A stretch of 64,000 nucleotides of DNA from Podarcis cretensis (lineage: Eukaryota), in assembly GCA_951804945.1 (NCBI GenBank), contig OX638159.1, positions 4,774,001 through 4,838,000 of the forward strand. Reading direction: 5' to 3'. Shown here piece after piece: positions 1-11,467 of this stretch. Below the pieces are notes generated by a model. That model saw only the letters and a program-made list of their open reading frames with translations. It made no database searches and was not told the DNA's origin. The position numbers and the translations under genes are program-made. Position 1 is the stretch's first letter, and each line of letters begins with the position of its first letter.

Positions 1-1009
1 ACTATAATATATTTGAGTTTCCATGTAATAGCCAAAATGCAAGGGGGGGTGTGGGAGGAGAAAGCACGCACAAAAATGTGTACATACAAACTTGCAAGGC
101 AGATTTAAAAGAATTGTATTTTTTAAAAATTGGCAGGAACCCCTGAATGTGACTGAATTTGGAACTCTTCAAATACTTCCTCTGACTCTCTAAAAGCTGT
201 ACGGTATGTACACCAGAAAATGGCAGCTCGGCTGCATGGGTCTCCACAGCAATTGATGGGCTTCACTCCAAATAAGTGGTGGTATCCTGTTCCCTCCTCT
301 GAACTGCACTTATTTCTGGAATTAATATTTTATCATCTTCCCCCCATCTACTGGTATAAGTCCTGCTCCTTTTGAGATGACAGTTCCTGGAAGAAGGTGA
401 TGACAATCCTTTCTGCATCTTCCTCTTCAGGGGTAATATGAACTTCCAAATGTTGACTCAACAGGAAGGCCCCTTTCCTTCCTTTGCCTAACTGTTCCTT
501 TTGATATCCACCCCCTTGCTGCACAAAGGAATCACTCTGGCTACTTCCTGTTGAGGTTATATAAGCAGAGCATCTTATATAAAGAGAATTTCCTTTTTCT
601 TAATTAATAGCATAATCTTCTGAATATCCATTAGGGTCACTTCTGGGTGTGTCTCTCCCCGAAACCAGTAGGGCAAGAGGAAAGACCAGTAGCCTGCATC
701 TTTGTGACTTCTTTCTGGGTGCTCCATGCTTCTGTTTTACCAAGGGAATCCCCAAGTATATAGAAAGCATATTCTTATTTTGGGGTGCATCCATTTCATT
801 TCCAGACCCCAAGTTTGCAATTAGAAGGTATGATCAGTGACCTAAAACAAAGCTCATGAGCTTCATATCCTGCAACCTCCCCCTAACACTCTGTTATGCA
901 CAGCTCTGAAATCCTTCTGTGCTTCTAAAATAATTAGCAGTACAGAAGAACTGGGAAGAGGGGCAGTCTTTCAGAGGAGAAAATTGAAGAGTGTCACTAG
1001 GCACATGTA

Positions 1010-1251
1010 CAGTGATACCTCGTGTTAAGTACCGTCCCCCTTACAAATGCTTCGGGTTACGCGCTCCACTAACCCGGAAGTAGATGCCCCTTGTTGTGAA
1101 CTTTGCCCCAAGATGCGAGAGGAAGTCGTGTTCCCGTGGCGCAGCAGCAGCCGGAGGCGCCATTAGAGAAAGCGCGCCTCATGTTACGAGCGGTTTCCGG
1201 TTACAAACGGACCTCCGGAACAGATTAAGTACGTAACACGAGGTACCACTG
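1010..1251. mobile_element. Tc1/mariner (pogo/Tigger-type) MITE, CAGTGGTACCTC family
   Basis: Terminal inverted repeats (TIRs) CAGTGATACCTCGTGTTA / TAACACGAGGTACCACTG, with TA on both sides. Confidence 0.9.
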
Positions 1252-1274
1252 TAATGAGTTATATGGCTCTGTTA

Positions 1275-1533
1275 CCGTATTTTTCGCTCTATAAGGCGCA
1301 CCAGACCATAAGACGCACATAGTTTTTGGAGAAGGAAAACAAGAAAAAAAATATTCTGAATCCCAGAAGCCAGAACAGCAGGAGGGATCGCTGCGCAGCA
1401 AAAGCAGTGATCCCGCTTGCTGTTCTGGCTTCTGGGATAGCTGCGCAGCCTGCATTCGCTCCATAAGACGCATACACATTTCCCCTTACTTTTTAGGAGA
1501 GAAAAAGTGAGTCTTATAGAGCAAAAAATATGG
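1275..1533. mobile_element. Tc1/mariner-type MITE, CCGTATTTTTCG family
   Basis: TIRs CCGTATTTTTCGCTCTATAAG / [26 protein letters not shown]; near-identical to 6752-7010 and 54452-54709. Confidence 0.9.
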
Positions 1534-1638
1534 TATATGTCCTGTAACTCACCAAGACATTACAGCCAAATCTGTTACCTGTTAAGACACCTATCAGCGA
1601 GTCAACTGAGGAATAAATATCAATTTTTGAAAAATGTA

Positions 1639-1890
1639 CAGTCATACCTTGGGTTGAAGTAGCTTCGGGTTGAGCATTTTTGTGTTGTGCTCCACGGTGT
1701 GCTGGAAGTAACAGAGCGTGTTACTTCCAGGTTTCGCCGCTCGCGCATGCGCAGACGCTCAAAATGATGTCACACCCATGTGCGGAAGCGGCGAATCACG
1801 ACCAGCACACGCGCAGACGCGGGTTGCGTTCGCTTCAGGATGCGAACGGGGCTCCAGAACGGATCCCGTTCGCATCCAGAGGTACCACTG
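1639..1890. mobile_element. Tc1/mariner-type MITE (CAGTCATACCT...AGGTACCACTG)
   Basis: TIRs with TA TSD; second copy at 30974-31219. Confidence 0.88.
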
Positions 1891-2809
1891 TAGCCGATAT
1901 GACCCAAAAGGATACACTAAATTCCTATTTATAAGGTCCCTGGAATTCGTGCAATAAAAACAGAAAAGGAGATCTGTGCTTCACTTTGGGAAGGGAGAAG
2001 AGAAGAGAAGAGGCAGCACTCATTCCTAAATAGCTTTCGGTACAATATATTTTTATTGTGAGATCAGTCTCTTCTGAAAGTGTCTCTGTTTATGAGCAAA
2101 GTGGGGCATATAAGAGCTATAACCTCAAAAGAAACAGATTTCCTAAGAGTTCACTTGGCTATTTTTCCAATACTTAATAAAACATAGAAACAGGTACATC
2201 AAAAATAATAAGTAAGCATAGGTTTAAAAACAGGGAGCATGAATCACAACCTGTGGTCAATTGCAGCAGCGATTCTAAACGAACTTCAAGAAGGAATTTC
2301 AAGAAGTCAGTCAATGAGCAGTTTTCTACAATATGTTTAGAATTCTGCATACAGACAAAGAGTATAAAATACATATACAGTGTGCGCATCAGATATACGT
2401 GGAAATCCTGATAAAATACACATGAATGGATTTTTTGGTACTTCCTTGTTCATGTCTACTTGAAGTGTAAATATGCAAAGTTTAAATACAAGTCTGTCTA
2501 ATATTTGATGTATTATATATGTATCTTGCACTCTGGCATTTACCTAAATACACAAATATTTTCTAAGAAATGGCTCTGAGGTTTCCAATGGCTTGACATT
2601 CGCATTTGTGAACACATCTGCTCGTGCTAGGCTTAGTCAGTATGCCAATATGCCATGTATGTATCATTGTTTTAAAAAATATTAGGATGCATACAGACAA
2701 ATATATCATTACACTTCTACACCTGATGTGTGATACAATCCTATTTGACATTTGCAGGATGATACAGATGACTAGAGCTGGGGGATATCTGGTTTTCAAC
2801 ATCACGATA

Positions 2810-3062
2810 CAGTGGTGCCCCGCAAGACGAATGCCTCGCTGGACGAAAAATGCGCAAGACGAAAGGGTTTTCCGTTTCTTGAGTTGCTTCGCAAGACGAA
2901 TTTCCCTATGGGCTTGCTTCGCAAGACGAAAACATCTTGCGGGTTTGCTTCCTTTTTCTTAAAGCCGTTAATACCCAGGGAATCCGCGCTCCGCAAGACG
3001 AAAAAATCGCAAGACGAAGCAACTCACGGAACGAATTAATTCCGTCTTGCGAGGCACCACTG
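2810..3062. mobile_element. Tc1/mariner-type MITE nested in the hAT element
   Basis: TIRs CAGTGGTGCCCCGCAAGAC / GTCTTGCGAGGCACCACTG, TA TSD; internal CGCAAGACGAA repeats. Confidence 0.9.
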
Positions 3063-3104
3063 TATTACACCAGCTAAACATCACAATATCACACGATATA
3101 TATC

Positions 3105-3718
3105 TGTGGTGGTGGAAGACCTTGCTGGCCTCCCAACAGCAACAGAGGATCCCGTCATATCTCCCCAAGGCGAAGGAGGATACAGAGGGTCTTGCCGCAC
3201 CTCCTCAGGTGGCGGAGAGTGTGCCGCACTTCACTGCAGCAGCAGAGAGCCTTGCAGCGCCTCCCTGTGGCAGAAGGGGTCCTGTCATACCACAGCGGAA
3301 GAGAGCCTAACCACACTTCCCCACAGCAGCAGAAGGCCTTCTTGTGCCTCCCCATGGCGGCAGAGGATGCGCCATGCTTCCCCACAGCAGCAGAGAATAC
3401 CACTGTACCTCCCTGCAGCTGCAGAGCATGCACCACACTTGCAGCGCCTCCCTGTGGCAGTAAGGGGTCCTGCCGTACCACCCCACAGCAGCAGAGGGTA
3501 CCGCCGCACTTCCCCGCAGCAGCAGAGAGCCTTGACACACCTCCCCATGGCGGCAGAGGGTGCCCCACGCTTCCCCGCAGCAGCAGAGGGCTTTGCCGTG
3601 CCCCCCGCAGTGACAGAGGATCACCCCGTACATCCCCCGCAGCGGTGGAGGGTGTGCTGCGCTTCCCCACAGCAGCAGAGGGCCTTGACAAGGCTCCCTG
3701 TGGTGGTGGAGGGCCTTA
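3105..3718. repeat. Degenerate GC-rich minisatellite, ~29-30 bp unit, roughly 20 copies
   Basis: Recurrent CTTCCCCACAGCAGCAGAGGGCCTTGCCGCA-like units alternating with CCTCCCCATGGCGGCAGAGGG variants. Confidence 0.85.
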
Positions 3719-4476
3719 AAATGTAAGGAAGTAGTAAATTTAATAAAAATATTAAATAAACTTTCGTATAATATATTGAATATATTTTCAACTAATTTAA
3801 GAGTAGTTTAAGTGATTTACCATAAGGCAGCCAGCTAAATCTTCTCCCCTCCATTCCAGCCCCCCACAGAAGCCTCCCCCAAAGCTCTCATCCCACCAAT
3901 CTCTCTTTTTTTATCAGAGGGAGGGCAAGCTAGCAAAAAGATAGTCTCCTTTAATATATATTTTTTAAACTCTTCCTTTTTAATATGGAGGAAAGCTATT
4001 TAGGGGGAACCAACAACATAAACACCAACAAAATACAAATAAAAACTCTTTCCCCTCTTTTTTTGACAGTGGGGATGAGTGTGAGGTTTTTTTTTTATTA
4101 CATTCTTTGCTGCTGGGTCTCTGATTGTCTATTGTTAGCAAGCTCTGCATAATTAGCTGACCTCTAAGTGGAAAGATAGGGGTGAAGCTGAAACAGTTTG
4201 CTGGTTTGTGTGAGGGCTTATCTACTTTTCTTATTGGTTAGGAGGAAGGAGGGAGAGACAGTGCCTGAAAATTATCTGTAAAGTATCCGTTCAGCTGAGC
4301 TGCCCCCAGGAAGCTGTTAGTCTCCTCCTGGAAGCACTTATCACGATGTTATTTCAATACCAGTATTCAACAATATGGCGATTTATGGCACAGTCCCACA
4401 GATGACCAAGCAACTGTAGTAAAAGTAAGTCCTGGATAATAATTTTTTCACATTTCCTTCCCTTCATTATGCATTT

Positions 4477-6223
4477 CTTTTTTTTTTTTTTTTAATTTTT
4501 TATTAAATTTTGACATAAATATATTTCACAAACATACAAAAGACAAAATGAAAAAGAAAAAACAGAAAAAGAGAAAAAAACAAACAAACAAAACATGAAA
4601 TACATACAACTTTGATGACATTGATCGACTTCCCTTTATCTCGATTTCGGAAATTATTATCTTGTTTATCTATCTGCTGTGTCTATTCCTTAATAAAACT
4701 TTTTACGTAGTAAGCGTTATCTCATGCCTACTGTGATATCTATAAGTACATATGTGTTTCTGATCAACATTTTAATTTTCCCCTTGTCTCTATTTCCATA
4801 TATATCCTAAATTTATCCCATTCATTGTTAAATTTTGCACTTCTTTGATTTCTTATTTTCTGTGTCAATTTAGCCAGCTCCAAATAATCGGATAATTTAA
4901 GTTGCCACTCCTTTAGTGTTGGGATTTTTGGTGTTTTCCAGTACTGTGCTATGAGGGTTCTGGCGGCCACCGTTGCATATTGAAAAAAGGTTCTATCTTC
5001 TTCTTTGATATCCTTACCAATTATCCCCAGCAGGAAGGCTTCGGGTTTTTTAACAAACGTGTATTTAAGAATTTTTTTTAATTCATTATAGATGGATTCC
5101 CAAAATTTTTTGAGAATCTCGCACGTCCACCACATATGAATGAATTCGCCCTCCTTGCTCTTACATTTCCAACACAGTTTATCGCCCGTTCTATACATTT
5201 TATGTAGTTTTACCGGCGTTATGTACCATCTGTACATCATCTTATACATGTTTTCCTTTAGTGTCGTGCATGCTGAAAAATTCATATCTTTACACCACAA
5301 TGCCTTCCATTTGTCAAACTCTATGTTGTACCCTAGGTCTACCGCCCACTTCACCATTACATCCTTTACTTCCTCGTCCTTGGTGTCCCACTCAAGTAAC
5401 TGGTTGTACATTTTTGATAATAATTTTGTTTTACTTTCTATTATTTCAATCTGAAATCTAGATTTCTTGTCATTTATTCCGATCTTATTATCTTCTCTCC
5501 ACATTGAATTAATTTGATGGTATTGAATCCAGCCAGTCAGCTTGCTTTTTATTTCTTCATAAGGTCTAATCCTCCATCCGGATTCTGTTTTGGTTAGTAA
5601 ATCTTCATATGTCCATCTTTCCCCCTCTATATTTAATTTTTTAATTGTTAAAATGTCTATTGGTGATAACCACCAGGGCGTTTTCTGCTCCAGCAGTTTT
5701 TTATTCCTTTCCCACACTTCCAGCAGTGGCCCTCTGAAAATGTGGTTAGAAAAACCTTTATGAACCCTTCCCTTGTCTCGCCATAAATAGGCATGCCAAC
5801 CGAATCTTAGATTAAACCCCTCTAGATCTAACAAATTTTTGTTTTTGATGACAATCCAGTCTTTTACCCAACAAAGACATGCAGCTTCGTAATATAACCT
5901 CAAGTTTGGAACCGCAAGGCCACCCCTATCTCTTTGGTCTGTGAGCAATTTAAATCTGATTCTTGGTCTCTTTCCCTGCCAAATGAATTTAGAAAGTAAT
6001 CTCTGCCATTCTTTGAATATTGAGGTTCCTCTAATTATCGGTATATTCTGAAATAGGAAGAGTAATTTAGGTAGTAAGGTCATTTTAATCGCCGCCATTC
6101 TCCCCAACCACGAGAGCTGTATTCTATTCCATGTATCCAAGTCCTTCATTATTTCTTTCCATGTTTTCTTATAATTATTTTCAATCAGATTTATATTTTT
6201 CATAGTTAACCAGATTCCAAGAT
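4477..6223 (-). mobile_element. 5'-truncated L1-clade LINE (ORF2 C-terminal half, 3'UTR, poly(A))
   Basis: Open frame 6203-4764 (479 aa) with SWLGRMAAIKMTLLPKLLFLFQ, RGGLAVPNLRLYY and the zinc knuckle CWKC...HMWWTC. Starts at the LGIWLT motif ending the RT domain; AATAAA and A-tail (T-run on +) near 4477-4504. Confidence 0.93.
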
Positions 6224-6751
6224 TCTGATCTATTCTTCTTTACTCCTAATTTCAAGGTGGGGTTTTATTCTTGCTGATGGTATTAAAGTTTCACTATTTT
6301 TGAGGTGCTGCCATTTTAACAATAGATTCTTGTGATTTCATGGAAACAGCCGTTGCACACAGGCAACCCTATTGTTCCAGATATGCATTAAAATACATAT
6401 AAATCAGTGGCATATTAACAGTCATAAAGAGGCACCTGGAATACAGCATATGCTTTGGAATGCCCATATTGTTTTGATCTCGGACATTTCAAGGTTTCTT
6501 GGATAATCCCTGGTCCAAAGACACTGGCGGAGGAAGGGGGGTGGGAGGAGTGGCCCGCCCCAGGTGCCCCAGGGCTGCACAGCGAGGGGGGCCGCCATGC
6601 TGAAGGGCTCTTCCTTTCCCCCCTCCCTCACCTTCCCTCTCCATTGGTGGCAGAGGGTGTGCCCGTGCCACCCCCTGAACCCGCTCAGGCCCTGGAGCTG
6701 CAAGTAGCTGCTTCTCTCTTGGCTGCAACTGCACTCTGCAGCTCTTAAGTA

Positions 6752-7010
6752 CCGTATTTTTTGCTCTATAAGACTCACTTTTTCCCTCCTGAAAAGTAAG
6801 GGGAAATGTGTGTGCGTCTTATGGAGCGAATGCAGGCTGCGCAGCTATCCCAGAAGCCAGAACAGCAAGAGGGATTGCTGCTTTCGCTGCACAGCGATCC
6901 CTCTTGCTGTTCTGGGCTTCTGGGATTCAGAATATTTTTTTCTTCTTTTTCTCCTCCAAAAACTAGGTGCGTCTTGTGGTCCGGCGTGTCTTATAGAGCG
7001 AAAAATACGG
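6752..7010. mobile_element. CCGTATTTTT-family MITE (opposite orientation to 1275-1533)
   Basis: TIRs and TA TSD; reverse complement of the 1275 copy. Confidence 0.9.
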
Positions 7011-7291
7011 TACCTACACTCCTGTATTCACTTTCCTCCCTCTCTCTGCCCCCTCCCACCTTTCCACATCTCCCTGCTTAACTCTGGCCTTGCTTTAAAT
7101 CCTTCCTCAACCTGGAAAGCCACCTTTGGGGAGAGGTTTTCCTTTCTCAAAGAATTATAGTACTGAAGAGTGGGAAGGGACCCTGATGAGGATAATCTAG
7201 TTGAACCCCCTACAATGCAGGAATATGCAGCTGTCCCATCCTTTTTACATTTGTTCTCAGCCCTAGTTTGCCCCCCCCATGTAAATTTACA

Positions 7292-7293
<2 letters not shown>

Positions 7294-7323
<30 letters not shown>
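7294..7323. repeat. (CA)n microsatellite; others at ~15504-15537 (TA), 43156-43202 (TA/CA), 51038-51072 (CA), 51662-51692 (GT), 55068-55097 (AAT)
   Basis: Directly visible. Confidence 0.95.
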
Positions 7324-7325
<2 letters not shown>

Positions 7326-7469
7326 TTGCCTCTGATGCTAGTCCTATTCAGAGCAGACTCACCAAAATGAATTAAAAATCCAAGCATTAATTTCAAAGGG
7401 TCTGCAGTAAGTAGGATTTACTTGGATGTAGCCTGTTATTATAACCAAAGTATCTTAGCCAAAGTTATA

Positions 7470-7687
7470 CACAACCATTCCTCATAAGGCTTGCTTTCCA
7501 GATCCTTGATCACCTCTGTTGCCCTCTTTTGCACGCATTCTAGCTTGTCAACACCCTTCTTAAATTGAGGTGCCCAGAACGGGACACACCCAGGTGTGGT
7601 CTGACCAAGGCAGAATAGAGTGGTACTTGATCTAGAAACTAGATTTCTGTAGTTGCAGCCTGGAATAGCATTAGCTTTTTTCTTTTC

Positions 7688-7723
<36 letters not shown>

Positions 7724-7860
7724 GCTGTAGCATCACATTGTTGACTCATGTTGTGGTCTACTAAGTCTCTAAGATCCTTTGAATCATGTATTGCTGGTAA
7801 GCCAAGTGTCCCCCATCTTATATTGGTGCAACTGGTTCTTCCTGCCTAAGCATAGAACCT
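7470..7860 (-). mobile_element. CR1 LINE fragment (ORF2 3' part)
   Basis: TTAAATTGAGGTGCCCAGAAC and GCATCACATTGTTGACTCATGTT segments shared with the other CR1 pieces (39585-40105, 41295-41738, 43535-43712). Confidence 0.8.
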
Positions 7861-9654
7861 TTCAGGCTAAAAGGGACTGGTGGGACACAAAGAAAAATCT
7901 CTTCTAATGCAGTTTGGGGATTTTTTAAACGTGGAATTTTGTGAAGTACTTATCTAGATTTGGGAAGGTTTAAAATGGCAGCCCTCATGTGACCATACCA
8001 CCCATAGGCGCCAACTCCCTATAGCTAAGGACACCTCAGCCCCCCCCCAAAAAAAAAATTGGGATGGGGCTAAGCCCCCCCCCCAACTTTGAGGAGCTAG
8101 GCCTTGCCAGGCCTTCCCACACCTGTGACGAGTCCCACTGGGCTTTCCCACGCCTACAGCAGGCCACGAGAATGCCCGACAGGGCTTGTTGTAGGTGCGG
8201 GAGAGGGGGCACCCATGACACCACCTAAATCCACCGTACTTGAGCAGTATTATAGGTGTCCACAGAAATAGCATGCAAGTATGAGAGATTATATTCTCCC
8301 TTATTGCTCCTGCTTTGCACTATTTTGGGGTTCTCTTGCCTGGCAGGAATAGGTGCTTGAGCTCTGTTTGTGTTTGAAGCAAGAGGAACAAATAACATGA
8401 TGGGGCATTAAGTAAAGCAAAGAAGAGGTGACAGGAACTGAGTTCCTTCCCACCCTTTGGGAAGCGGGGGTGGGTGGGGAGGGAAGGACAGCTGGAGCAG
8501 AGGGGAGGACCATGGCAAGCCGACCATGGCAAGACTCCTGGATGAGAAACAGTGAGTGACTCAGTGACTGCCCCAGGCGGCAAAAGCCCTAGCTACGCTT
8601 CTGTCCAAAGATCATCAGAAATTAGTTTCTAGCAGGCTGCGGCTCATATACTTAAAGATGAATGATAGATAAATGAGTTGTTGATTAACTTATTCACTCG
8701 TTCAAGTTCATAATTAGGAATACAAAGTACGAACTGTGCATTACAAATGCAAAACTGGATAAAATTATGCAGCAAACCATATACCTGAATATGACATGTC
8801 AGGTGACATATGCCACAACTTTCTTTAAAGTCAATGTTTTGTTTCATTTATGTATAGGGTTAGAGCCAAATTTATTCATGCTAAGACAAGCCCTACTGAT
8901 TTCAATTGGTCTAAACATAGCCATAACTTGTTATGACCTATCCATTTCCTCCCCCAAAACCACCACCACTTCCACCTCCTCCTCCTCCTCCGAAGTAAAA
9001 GTTGGTCAAAATATAATTACAACAATGAAGAAGAGGAAAGCACATTTGTTGATGGCACTGATGTAAGCAAGACCTACTATTTCAGTAGGGCTACTCAAAG
9101 CATGACTATTCTGGATCCAACCTGGGTCTGAGACACAAAAAGCAATAGAGAAGAGAGTCCTTATTTATTTAAAACATTTTCATACCTCCCTAAATTTTAA
9201 AACAGACTAAAACCAAGATCTATTAAAATGCTTGGGTAAATCTGAAAGTTTTCGCCTAAGCCTTAGCAATGTTGGCACCAAAAGAATCTCTTTAGGGAGG
9301 GCATTCCATAACTAGATGCCACTCCTGAGAAGTTCCCCTCCTTAGTAGATGATCTTAGTAGGTCTGATGGAAGTAGCACATGGAAAGGGACCGCAACAGA
9401 TTATCTTGAACTAGTAGAGTTAAGCTCTTTATTGGAAAGCAATTTATAATGCAACTTAACATAAGTAGGACAATGCATATGACTGGCTTCAAATAAAGTA
9501 CAATACCAGCAAAATAGAAGTTGACATACATAAATTGTGGGGAATGGGTGTATCTGAACATGCAATATGTCTGGCAATGAGCACTGCCTGGACAGGAGAC
9601 ACCGAGGACCTACAGAGGTTTCTCAGAATACATTGGAAGTTTGCTACAAATATA

Positions 9655-10068
9655 TAGCAGCTAGGAATCTTTACGCTTAGAAATGGAAAGATGAAGAAGT
9701 TCCTACTAAAGAACAATGGATAAGCAAAGTAATGGACTATGTTGAATCAGCAAAGCTAACGGCTTTAGTAAGATTGTCTTAGTAAAGGGAAGCCCCTTTC
9801 AGACTATTTGAAGAAATATTACAACATGAAGAATCCGCGAACAGGTTGAGTTATGAGCAACGGAAATAATTGGAGACTAATGTGCTCTGATTATGATAAA
9901 AAGAAGAGAGAAGATACGGTAGGTTGCAGCAAAGAGGGGGTAAGGATAACATACCGTAACAGAAAATGGGTTGGGAAGTCAAAAATAGAAAATAAATTTC
10001 TTTTTAGAATGTATTGGAATTTTATGTGTAATTTTATGGGGTAATTTAATGAAAGTATTATTTTAAAA
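9655..10068 (+). mobile_element. Short degraded L1-clade 3' fragment with 20-bp TSD
   Basis: Encodes AARNLYA*KWKDEEVPTKEQWISKVMDYVESAKLT, homologous to the end of the 479-aa ORF. Flanked by GGAAGTTTGCT(A/G)CAAATATA at 9635-9654 and 10069-10088. Confidence 0.85.
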
Positions 10069-11348
10069 GGAAGTTTGCTGCAAATATACTAACCAACTAA
10101 ATTAAAGAGTTTCACACCTTTGAAGGATGCCTCAGTGCTTCCGTCTTAGTGTACACAATGTTATTAAATACCCATCTCTGCATTAAGAAACAAAATGTGA
10201 GGCCTTGCATTCCTAACACTAATAGTGAAAGCCATACAAATGAACACAGAGTTTGGACTCAAGCCACTAAACAAGGAATAAAATCAGTCCCAACCAAAGA
10301 TAGGGGCCAATGTAAGTTAATTTTGCATTAAATAGTGGAACTATTTATTGTTGGGGGGGCACTTAAAACTGTCACATAAAACTGAACAGGATTCAGATGT
10401 TCTGGAGATTGGTTTGACATTCTCAGTCAGACCAGCAGAAGCCTATTAAAATATATAACAGAGAAGCTCAAATCCACTTTGCTGGTGTGTATGAACTGGG
10501 AGGAATGTCATCAGAAAAAAATTCCAAAAGCAATGCAAATTATCCTAATTCAACTATCCTTCCAACCAAATAAAATTAGCCTAATGCCCTATTTCCCCAC
10601 AACCAAAAAAAGGAGGGGCTTAAATCACATAAAACAGTCCAATTCAAAATTTTATAGAAAACCTACTGCTTGTGGCCCACCAGCGTGTTTCAAATCAGTA
10701 AAACAGGAGCATATGCTAAAACTTTCTTCCTTCAGTTAAAGCACAACTAATCACTGCTGTGTGATCCTGAGCATGCAGTGCTGGATCAGACCAAGTTGCA
10801 CTATTCTTTGCAAGACTCCAGTAACTGACCAGAAGGGAAACTTAGCATCATGAAAGGCAAGAACAAGAATCTTTCCTATGAAGATTTAATATAATCCCCA
10901 GGCTCTGTGTAAAGCAACTTCAGGTAATCACCAAATGTCATTCCTATTCCCTTGGGAAGGTTCAATTTAATACTTGGTGGGACACTGAAATTGCGCAACA
11001 TATCACTGTCACAGGTTCTTTCATAAGGCTCAGCTTACCTTTAGTAATAACTTTATTCCCCAAAGTGTGTCTTTTTCCACAATTCAGTTTCCATTTAGTT
11101 TGTATGATTTGAAGCAATTACTGAGGAACTACATCCACAGCAATGCAATTTTAGAAAAAACTTCAGCGTTGTTCTAACATTTAAGCTTTTTCTTGTTCTC
11201 AGGACCTGCTTCCCCAGAAGGCCTCACATTTTCCCATCACCTCTCCAAGCTTTACAATACTATCTCTAATGTGATATTCTTGTAAAAAAACAAACCCTAA
11301 ACCATTAAGTTACCTGTTCAGGTGACCCAGGTTTACCTCTGACCCTTT

Positions 11349-11467
11349 GGGTGCTATTCAGCTAAGCTTTTACTCAATCAACTCACTGAAATAAATTAAC
11401 CTGAGTTACTAATGTTCATTAATTTCAATGGGTTTACTTTGAGTAAAAGTTAGTTGCATACCACCCT
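11349..11467. mobile_element. ~120-bp palindromic MITE-like repeat (older family)
   Basis: GGGTG..TTCAGCTAAGCTTTTACTCAA / TTGAGTAAAAGTTAGTTGCATACCACCC. Related copies near 30035-30150, 51715-51830 and 58145-58265. Confidence 0.65.

Larger units (their letters stand above)
2773..4398. mobile_element. Non-autonomous hAT-type DNA element carrying a minisatellite and a nested MITE
   Basis: Perfect 8-bp TSD CAGATGAC (2765-2772 and 4399-4406). Degenerate TIRs TAGAGCTGGGGGATAT / ATTTATGGCACAGTCCCA; subterminal ATCACGAT-like motifs at both ends. Confidence 0.8.

Noticed and set aside
3047-3726. 87-206 aa ORFs on both strands
   Set aside because: Produced by the minisatellite (PQQQR repeats); no coding signature.
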